A stretch of DNA of 64,000 bases from Camelus dromedarius (Eukaryota): positions 4,650,001 through 4,714,000 of the forward strand of contig NC_087461.1 of NCBI RefSeq assembly GCF_036321535.1, written 5' to 3'. The stretch's first letter is position 1; each line of letters opens with the position of its first letter. The notes under the pieces are model-generated. The model was not told the origin of the DNA. It saw only the letters and a program-made list of their open reading frames with translations, and searched no databases. Shown here one piece after another: positions 11,901 to 19,530 of the stretch. The translations under genes and the position numbers were made by a program.

Positions 11901-12681
11901 TTCAGTGTCAGAACCCTTTGACCCCCTTAAAAATTACTGAGGACCCCAGAGTGCTTTTGTTTATGTGTTTTATCTGTGATATTTTAGAAGTTAAAAATGG
12001 GACACTTAAAATACTTATTTTAAATATTGACAAATATTTAAATTTTAAATATTTATTTTAAATATTAACAAATAGTTTAACTTTAAATATTGACAAATAT
12101 TTTAGTTTTAAATATTTGTTTTAAAGATAATTTTATTTATTTAATAGAAATATTTAAATCAGAAAAAATCTATTTAAAAAATCACATAAGTGTAACCACG
12201 GTAAATCTATTATATGTTGACCAACCATTTACATCTTATGAAGAATAACTAAATTTCCCTAAACAAAACAAAATGAGCCGGGAGAGTCATCTTATTTTAC
12301 AATTTCACACATTTCTGTAGTGAAAACGGCTGGTCTTATTTCATAATTTTACACAATTCTGTGAAGAAAACATGTCGGCTTCTGAGTTCAGGCTGTGTGG
12401 CCTCACACAAATGTGTAGTAGGGAACTGGAGGACCTCTGATCCCCCCAAAGGGTCTCGGGGACTCCAGAGTTCACCAGAGCACACTTTGAGAATGCTGAC
12501 ATTCGTAACTAGAGAATTACAGCCATGATCTCTCTACCGGGAAATCATTCAAAACTTGGTCTGCTGGTCCACATGGTTGTTAACTGCTTTCAACAGGAAA
12601 ATAGACTTTTATACGAGTCTATGATCATGATGTTTCTGCATAGCTTCTGGAAGGTTGCTCTTTACCCACAGTTACCTTCAT
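5482..12681 (-). CDS. Candidate 11-coding-exon ORF, 410 aa, no recognised homology
   Basis: Coding parts 12681-12676, 11577-11418, 11230-11130, 10853-10743, 9001-8978, 8662-8528, 8155-8118, 7891-7838, 6366-6242, 6100-6058, 5917-5482 sum to 1233 nt; all junctions GT-AG; no in-frame stop before TGA at 5484-5482; some sites chosen to keep frame. Confidence 0.35.
6058..6100 (-). CDS. Candidate 43-nt exon (KENFRALGAPVWVE)
   Basis: Perfect branch point TACTAAC (6111-6117), acceptor attttcttag|AG, donor GCA|gtaagc. Confidence 0.55.
6242..6366 (-). CDS. Candidate 125-nt exon (ETEGQYYSKVPGKETRLEKICSINIMIHVTLNTGSVVDDHK)
   Basis: Acceptor cttattttatctctaattggcag|T, donor AGA|gtaagg; only the required frame is open. 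Confidence 0.5.
7264..7384 (-). mobile_element. Camelid tRNA-derived SINE (Vic-1-like)
   Basis: Minus strand GGGGGACAGTATAGCTCAGTGGTAGAGCACGTGCTTAGTACGCACGAGGTCCTGGGTTCAATCCCCAGTACCTCCATTAAAAATAAATAAACAAACCTAATTACCCCC with Pol III A and B boxes and A-rich tail. Confidence 0.9.
7838..7891 (-). CDS. Candidate 54-nt exon (FEIKAIYAHNFSSAIQEA)
   Basis: Acceptor aattaatcattgcag|G, donor AGC|gtaagt; symmetric phase 2. Confidence 0.5.
8118..9001 (-). CDS. Three weaker candidate exons: 9001-8978 (24 nt), 8662-8528 (135 nt), 8155-8118 (38 nt)
   Basis: Good acceptors (ttctttttttaaag, ttgttttcacag, ttttttaacctctag); donors CAA|gtaagc (strong), TTT|gtacgt and GTT|gtaaag (weak, frame-selected). Confidence 0.3.
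9318..9760 (-). mobile_element. Young camelid-type LINE-1 3' end running into an assembly gap
   Basis: TTTTTATTGATTTATAATCATTTTACAATGTTGTGTCAAATTCCAGTGTAGAGCACAATTTTTCAGTTATAC. Confidence 0.9.
9761..9909. other. Assembly gap (149 N)
   Basis: Run of n. Confidence 1.
10451..10532. repeat. Polypurine (GAA/GGA) low-complexity tract
   Basis: 10483-10532 is 50 consecutive purines. Confidence 0.9.
10743..11577 (-). CDS. Three candidate exons: 11577-11418 (160 nt), 11230-11130 (101 nt), 10853-10743 (111 nt)
   Basis: Each open in the required phase; moderate splice sites; the 10853 acceptor is not the first AG after the pyrimidine tract. Confidence 0.3.
11885..12498 (-). mobile_element. hAT-Charlie1-family non-autonomous element
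   Basis: Ends ATTGGTTCTCAAACTTTT...AAAAATTACTGAGGACCCCAGAGTGCTTTTGTTTATGTG and GGGTCTCGGGGACTCCAGAG..CACACTTTGAGAATGCTG. Confidence 0.75.
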
Positions 12682-12719
12682 ACCACTTAGGTTGATTTTG
12701 CTAACCACGTGTCCTCCAG
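12676..12719 (-). other. Candidate exon 3 (44 nt): holds the uORF stop and the main ATG (12681-12679)
   Basis: Acceptor atcatcctgtttctttag|C, donor AAG|gtaact. Confidence 0.55.
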
Positions 12720-13077
12720 CTAAAGAAACAGGATGATCCTTAGGAGATATTACCATCTGTATTTATCATTGTGTTAATTATCACTCTGCAGTCTCCAGAA
12801 ATGCTTGTTGGTCTGTCATTAAAAAAAAAAAAAATGACACAATAGTGTTGGCTCCCTAGTGCTTTCTTCCCAAGACTGAAACTGCTGCCCTGGTGAAATA
12901 TTCCAGTTTTGTTTCACTTTTCACCTAGCGATAGAGAATGATGAGTGGGCTGGTGTGTGGATGAATCTGGTTATGTGTGATCAGTGTGGTGAAATCCTGG
13001 CGATAACTATCTGGTTTTTAGATGGGTTTATGAAGATACTTCTCAGACTTCTGCTATTGCCTTGAAATGGAAGCCTC

Positions 13078-13103
13078 AAACAACAACAACAACAACAACA
13101 AAA
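13078..13103. repeat. (CAA)n microsatellite
   Basis: Directly visible. Confidence 0.9.
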
Positions 13104-13216
13104 GCTAGTTGTGCTGTGGGTTAGAAATCTTAAGGCTGCCTGTAGACGCATGGATTTCAAATCTTACGGTTTTGACAATATTTACTGATGCAAATTATTC
13201 TCCATAATTTGCTTAC

Positions 13217-13306
13217 TTCTCAGCTTCTGATGGTACAAAAGGCCCTAGAGAATATACGTATGTACAGTTTTCACAGTATTGGAAATTCTTAAAGGATCTG
13301 GAGCGC
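13217..13306 (-). other. Candidate exon 2 (90 nt)
   Basis: Acceptor ttctattctctctcctttatgattcgtag|G, donor GAA|gtaagc. Confidence 0.55.
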
Positions 13307-13442
13307 CTACGAATCATAAAGGAGAGAGAATAGAAATGCCAGTCTGCATGTCACATTTTCTAAACCCAGTTTCTTTCATCCAATGGCATTATGAACTAAG
13401 CCCAATTTTGTTTTTTTTCCCCTACTGACCTGCTATGTTTGC

Positions 13443-14078
13443 TTTTTAAAAATTTTAAAAAAATTTAATGCAATTTTAAAGTTTGCTTTCCATTTACAGT
13501 TATTACAAAAGATTGGCTATATTCCCCATGTTGTACAATGCAGCTTTGAGCCTGTCTTACAACCAATAGTTTGTACCTACTGCTCCCCAAACCCTTATGT
13601 TGCTCCCCACCCTGGTAACCACTAGTTTGTTCTCTGTATCATGTTATATTCACTAGTAGTTAGCTGTATTTTTTAGATTCCATATCTGAGCAATATCATA
13701 CAGCATTCATCTTTCTCTAACGTATTTCACTTAACATAATATCCTCCAAGTCCATTTATGTTGCTGCAAATGGTAAACTTTCACTTCTTTTGGTGGCTGG
13801 CTAGTATTCCACACACACACACCACGTCTTCTTTATCCACTCATTTGTTGATGGACATTTAGGTTGTCTTGGCAATTCTAAATAATACTGCTATGAACAT
13901 TGAGTTGCATGTATCTTTTTGAGTTAGTGTTTTTAGTTTTTTGGGGAATACACCCAGGAGTGGGATTGCTGGGTCAGTTGGTAGTTTTATTTTTAGTTTT
14001 TTGAGACACCTCCCTACTGTCTCCCACAGTGGCTGCACCAGTTTACATTCCTCCCAACAGTGTACAAGAGTTCCCTTT
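13443..14078 (-). mobile_element. LINE-1 3' fragment
   Basis: TCCATTTATGTTGCTGCAAATGG, GATGGACATTTAGGTTG, CACAGTGGCTGCACCAGTTTACATTCC..CCAACAGTGTACAAGAGTTCCC. Confidence 0.92.
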
Positions 14079-14394
14079 GAACTGAGCCCAAGCTCAAACG
14101 GCTGACGTAAACAGTGGCAATACGCCTTTCGAGTTAATGGAGTTTAATCTCAAGTACTCAGTATATATTTGTTGAACAAATGACTCCATTAATTAATTAA
14201 TTAGCTATAAAGTGAGATGTCCTTGTTGTACAGAGCCCACAAAGGTGGAAACAAAACTGGTCCCTAACATGTGTAGTTCACCAGGGAGATGTTGTGTTTA
14301 AGCCATCATTTTAAACCAGAAGATAATTCAATAGCAATTCCATAGAGAGCTATTCCTGTCTCTGAATATTTCACACTGGCCGTTTCTTTGACTT

Positions 14395-14530
14395 TCATTT
14401 AACAAACATTATTTGGCTGATTTCTACTGAGTATCTAGCATCCCTCTCCTGTGCCAGGCGCCGCTTTGGACCCAGCAATGTAGGGATGGAGGGGCTAGCT
14501 CCCTGTCCTCTAGACTCTACAGGTTCATAA
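14395..14530 (-). mobile_element. L2 3' end
   Basis: CATTTAACAAAC...TACTGAGTATCTAG...CTGTGCCAGGCGCC. Confidence 0.6.
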
Positions 14531-14749
14531 TCTGATGGGAAAGACCAACAATGAGAGGAGGGCCGTGAAAGAGGCAGGAATGAGACGCTCTGGGAAAACA
14601 GAAGACTGTCTTTGTCTTCCCTGGAAGGTCGAGGAAGGCTTTCTAGAGGAGGAAACGTGGCCACTGAATCTTGGCTGAGAGGAGTGAGGCAGGTAGTATG
14701 AATGTAACTGCCAGTGTGAACTTGGAGTGAAGAAACATACTTGGAGCGT

Positions 14750-15210
14750 GCGTTAGAATTCATTTGACTGAAAGTGACAGAAACCCAACATCGCTTAGCT
14801 CAAGAAAAAAGGAATGCATGGGCTCACGTAGTGGGCAGTCTGAGTTCAGGAACAGCTTTATTCAGAGACTCATGTAAGGTCATCAGTTCCTTCCTTTCTG
14901 AATAGATAGGTGAGTTTGGAGGCAGAAGATTCCCCAGAGCTCAGCGTCTCACCTAAACAGCTACTGAACAAACGTTCACAGAATACTGGTGTGGGGCACC
15001 AGATCGTTAACCTCTCTGGAGCACTCGCAGCGCTCAGGCAAACCATATTCAGTCCTGGTCCCCAGGCCACCACATGTGTGGGTGCCATTTGTAAAAGGGT
15101 TAGCACTGGGCTGGTCATGGAGCGCTCGGGGATGACACATTCATTTCTCCAGCAGATTCTGGAAAATACATCGAGTCTACCATCACCAGGCATTTCCATG
15201 AAAAGTCACT
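14750..15210. mobile_element. MaLR LTR remnant (MLT1K/L-like)
   Basis: TTAGAATTCATTTGACTGAAAGTGACAGAAACCCAAC..GCTTAGCTCAAGAAAAAAGGAAT. Confidence 0.55.
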
Positions 15211-15806
15211 GACAATGTTCTTTAACGTGTGACTTTAGAAAACAACAAAAGTAATTACCTGCAGATAATAAAAACAACAGAGGGCTGTAACTGTTAATTT
15301 AGGCGTATAACACAACTAATTACACGTGACTTTTGCAAGCATGGTCTTGTTTAACTGCTGACACCTTCCACTCCGGAGTGGTACCTCCCTCTCGTAGATG
15401 GCTGGTCCAGCTCCGTCTTCCTGCTTGTCCGAAGTCTTCGCAGATGGGTTTGTTCCCTTCTCGGGTGCCACTTGGCCCTTGTCCCTTGTTCTCCAGTGTC
15501 ACATCTTCTCCAGTGCACCATGAATTAAGATAATCACGACAGGGTAAACATTGGCCACCATTTTTACAGATGGCCATCCATCATTGCTACTCCTGTGGTT
15601 TCCTATGCACTCCACTGGCCTGGAGGCTGCCCTGCTCTGCTGCATTTTTTTTTTTTTTTCCTCTTTCTTGCAGGGACCACTAATGCCCATCCAAAGTTTT
15701 CTTGGGCTGGTCTCTTGTTTTGAGTTCCTGTGCTGTTTTTAAGGCTCTCTTTTTTCTTTGGTGACCTGTGTTCATGGCTGCTCTGGGGCGGTCTGAAACT
15801 GCTAAG

Positions 15807-15975
15807 ACAGTGGCTTTTCAAACTCTTTTGACCACAACCCACAGAAAGAAATTCGTTTCACATTGTGCCCAGTACACACATACGTGGATAACCAAAACAA
15901 GTTTCTTAGAACGATACCACTCTTATTGCAAACGGTGCATTCCCGTCCCTTTCTGTTTTATTCCATTTCATCCCT
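15807..15975 (+). mobile_element. hAT-Charlie MITE fragment (MER119-like)
   Basis: CAGTGGCTTTTCAAACTCTTTTGACCACAACCCACAG.AAGAAAT. Confidence 0.55.
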
Positions 15976-16486
15976 AAGGACACATCTCATAAACCCTCAA
16001 GATGAATAACCAGCAGGGTGATGTCATTTCCTCTTGGTGGGCTGACAATATCTGTGGTCTCTCTGTGATTCAGCTGACTCCTTTCTATTCACTGGACTGG
16101 AAGGGATTATTTATATATTCCTCTGGGTAAGATGGTTAAATTAGAGATGCCATTCGGAAGGCAGTGTTCATGAACACTAGGACTCAGATAGGTTCTTTCT
16201 CTTTAGCCTTTTCTCTTCCAAATTGTTTTCTTCGCCAGTGAACTCCTAGGTGACCTTTTACAGTCAAGTGCTATTTGCTCAATGTTATACTGATTATTAT
16301 TAGAACAGCTCATTATTGTTCAAATACAGTGATAACAGTTGATTACAAAAACATCGTTACAATCAGCAAAAACTGGTTTCCAGCGCTTAGCCAACACGCA
16401 GTTCTCTGCCCCCTTTGCCTCTAGCCGGATTTACAAACGCGACGGCTTCTGGAGAGTCTGCAGGCTTTTCTTCAGTTTTTTCATAC

Positions 16487-16660
16487 TTGTCAGAGGTCAG
16501 TGTTATCAATTGTTTGAGTTTCATTACGTCTAGGGTGATTGGAGAAACTCTCCAGATGCCCCTGCGGCAGGGACCGCTCATGCCCACCCAGAGAGCATCC
16601 CGCTTCCCTCAGTGAGAGACTCCCGCTTTTGTTCGGAGCAGCGCGGGGCCCAGCTGAACG
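16487..16660 (-). other. Candidate first exon of the minus-strand transcript (start site estimated)
   Basis: Within the CpG-rich promoter; donor CAA|gtatga at 16486-16481; ATG at 16581-16579. Confidence 0.45.
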
Positions 16661-16870
16661 CACTTGCTCGCTCAGCGCCCTCTTGCGGCGGGGCGGGCCC
16701 CGTGCCCTGCTGCCGGCCAATGAGGCGCGAGGCCAGGGCTTCTGGGAAGGCTTCCGCTTCTCCGAGACCGGAAGCGCTGCGTCACGCTCCTCTTGCCGGA
16801 AACGGGAAACGCCTGGGTGCTTAGCAGGCGTTTAGCGGCCAGAAGGTAATGGATGCGAGGACGCGGATCC
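16540..16870. promoter_or_regulatory. CpG-rich TATA-less, probably bidirectional promoter
   Basis: GC box GGGGCGGG 16690-16697, CCAAT 16717-16721, ETS cores CGGAAG/CCGGAA at 16751-16756 (minus), 16767-16774 and 16796-16802, TGCGTCA 16778-16784; splice donors facing outward on both strands. Confidence 0.85.
16673..16689 (-). promoter_or_regulatory. CTCF-type motif
   Basis: Minus strand GCCGCAAGAGGGCGCTG vs consensus GCCACCAGGGGGCGCTA. Confidence 0.65.
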
Positions 16871-17074
16871 ACAAACTAAACGTCTTTGAGCAGATATGTA
16901 GAAAGAGCCTGGATGCCTCATGGCGGCAGAAAGCTATGAGGGTCTTCTTTCAGATTTATGTGAGGAAACCACTAGGCTCCTAACTTTTCTGTGGTATATC
17001 TATATATTTTATTTATATCTTAAAAACTGCTGAATATATCTATATGCATATAATTATATAGATGTTTTAGACCT

Positions 17075-18180
17075 TTTAATTTAGTTTTATTTTTTTGAAA
17101 TGTCACTTTTATTTATTTATTGTTGGTTTTGTTTTTTTTGTTGTTTTTAATCTGTTTTTATATGTAGTGGTTAACATTTGCAAATCTCAAACACCCAAAT
17201 TTATCCCTTCCCTCTCCCTTTCCCCTCGGTAACCATAATGTTGTTTACTACGTCTGTGAGTCTGTTTCTGTTTTGTAGGTGAGTTCATTAGCGTTCTCTT
17301 TTTTCCTTTCTTTTCTTTTTTAGAGATTCCATGTATGAGTGATATCGTATGTTATTTTTCTTTCTCTTTCTGGCTTATTTCACTTAGAATGATGATCCCC
17401 AGGTCCATCCATGTTGCTGCAGATGGCATTATTTTATTAGGTTTTATTGTTGAGTAGTTTTCCATTGTATAAATACACCACAGCTTCCTTATCCAGTCAT
17501 CTGTCAATGGACATTTAGTCTGTTTCCATGTCTTGGCTATTGTAAATGGTGCTGTTATGAACATTGGGGTACATGTATCTTTTCACATTAGACTTCCCTC
17601 TGGATATATGCCCAGAAGTGGGATTCCTGGCTCATATGGTAANNNNNNNNNNNNNNNNNNNNNNNNNNNNNNNNNNNNNNNNNNNNNNNNNNNNNNNNNN
17701 NNNNNNNNNNNNNNNNNNNNNNNNNNNNNNNNNNNNNNNNNNNNNNNNNNNNNNNNNNNNNNNNNNNNNNNNNNNNNNNNNNNNNNNNNNNNNNNNNNNN
17801 NNNNNNNNNNNNNNNNNNNNNNNNNNNNNNNNNNNNNNNNNNNNNNNNNNNNNNNNNNNNNNNNNNNNNNNNNNNNNNNNNNNNNNNNNNNNNNNNNNNN
17901 NNNNNNNNNNNNNNNNTAGTTCTTCTGCCCATTTTTAGATTGGGTTGTTTGTTTTTTTGTTATTAAGTTGTCTGAGCTATTTCTATATGCTGGAAATTAG
18001 ACCTTTGTCAGTTGCATCCTTTGCAAATATTTTCTCCCATTCTGTAGGTTGTCGTTTGGTTTTGCTTACAGTTTCCTTTGCTATGCAAAAGCTTATAACT
18101 TTAACTAGGTCCCATTTGTTTATTTTTGCTTGTATTTCTATTGTCTGGGCAGACTGGACTAGGAGAACATTGCTAAGGTT
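17075..18180 (-). mobile_element. LINE-1 3' UTR plus ORF2 C-terminal remnant, interrupted by a gap
   Basis: Minus-strand translations FTIAKTWKQTKCPLTDDWIRKLWCIYTMENYS and [35 protein letters not shown] are typical of L1 ORF2p. Confidence 0.95.
17643..17916. other. Assembly gap (274 N)
   Basis: Run of n. Confidence 1.
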
Positions 18181-18185
18181 TAGAG

Positions 18186-18465
18186 ACGTTATTTTATAGA
18201 GCAGTTTTAGGGTCACAGTGATTTCCCATATGCCTCCTACCCCTACCCATGCAAAACCTCCCCCATTGTCAACACCACCATTGGACCCGTACATTTGGTA
18301 CAATTGATGAACCTACATTGACACATCATCGTCACCCAGAGTTCGTAGTTTACATGAGGGTTTACTCTTGGTGTTGTACACTCTGTGGATTTTGACAAAT
18401 TGATAATGACATGTAGCCTGCATTAGAGTACCCTACAGGGCAGTTTCACTGCTCCAATCCCCATA
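18186..18465 (-). mobile_element. Old L1MB-type 3' end
   Basis: ACAATTGATGAACCTACATTGACACATCAT..TCACCCAGAGTTCGTAGTTTACATGAGGGTTTACTCTTGGTGTTGTACA. Confidence 0.8.
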
Positions 18466-19231
18466 TTTTTTAAGCCAACTTTGTCTGTGACCTGTAATCA
18501 CATAAATACATAACTGATCCCCCTTCTGATTTTTACACTTCTGTGTCTTTCTTATTCTTTGGTGGAAATTCGGTAACTACAAATGACTCTGATGACCATT
18601 TCAAATGTCACTAGTTAGAACCAAAGCCATTTTACAGAGAGTAAATATTAATGAAAGTGCCTCGATGTCCTTCTGTATGGCGTCCAAGTGAGAGAAGCCC
18701 CGTTGTCAAACTATCCCATCAGGGTTAAATGCTTTGAGAATTACTCCATCCTCCACGTGGTCCAAGGATTAAATCACGATGATTCCATAGAGAATCAGGC
18801 TGACCTAAGTGACTCCCTGATCTAGAAAGGGCGTTTTTAATCTTTAATGGCTCATTTTAGATCGTCTCGTTAGCATCAAGTCCAGATAATTGTTGGAATG
18901 TTCTGGATCTGAAAAAAGTTAGCTAGAAATCCTGTAAGAGTTGAGCTTGTCTCAAGGTTTGGAGAGCCTTTCTGATTTTATTCAGAATAAAGGAAACCAT
19001 TTTGACAACAGCTTTCCTTAGAGCAATTTAAGAGGCTGTTTCTGCTTGGTAGGATGAAAAAGATTGGATGAGTGTGAACGTAAGGATTCTCAATCAAACC
19101 TTTGTTTTCCATTTGCCCTTTGGGACCTCTCAGTCAAGACAGAATTTTTCAGAGAAATGTGTATTTCCTGCTCTTAGACGCATTCGTTGTTTTAGATGGG
19201 TAAGGACAAGCCAAATTAGGCAGTCCGTGAG

Positions 19232-19530
19232 AGTGAAGTCCAATAGGATTATAATGTGAGCCCCGTGTGTAATTTAAGTTTCTAGCAGTCACATTAAAAA
19301 AGTGAAATGAAATAGGTGAATCTTAATAATGTATTTTCTTTAACACAATATAATGTATATATCACTTAACTGTGTAATGTAATCAATGTAAAATTGTTTA
19401 TAGATATTTGCATTCTTTTTTTTGATACTAAATCCTGTGGATAGTTTACAGTCACAGCACGTCTCATTTTGCAATAACCAGGTATCACATACTCCAGCAC
19501 ACGTGGCTGGTGGCTGCCATGTTGGGTGGT
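19232..19530 (+). mobile_element. MER33 (hAT-Charlie MITE)
   Basis: GTCCAATAGGATTATAATGTGAGCC..TCTAGCAGTCACATTAAAAAAGT...CACGTGGCTGGTGGCTGCCATGTTGG. Confidence 0.8.

Noticed and set aside
17352-18303. Protein-like minus-strand ORFs here and at 58468-58776
   Set aside because: L1 ORF2p C-terminal remnants, not host genes
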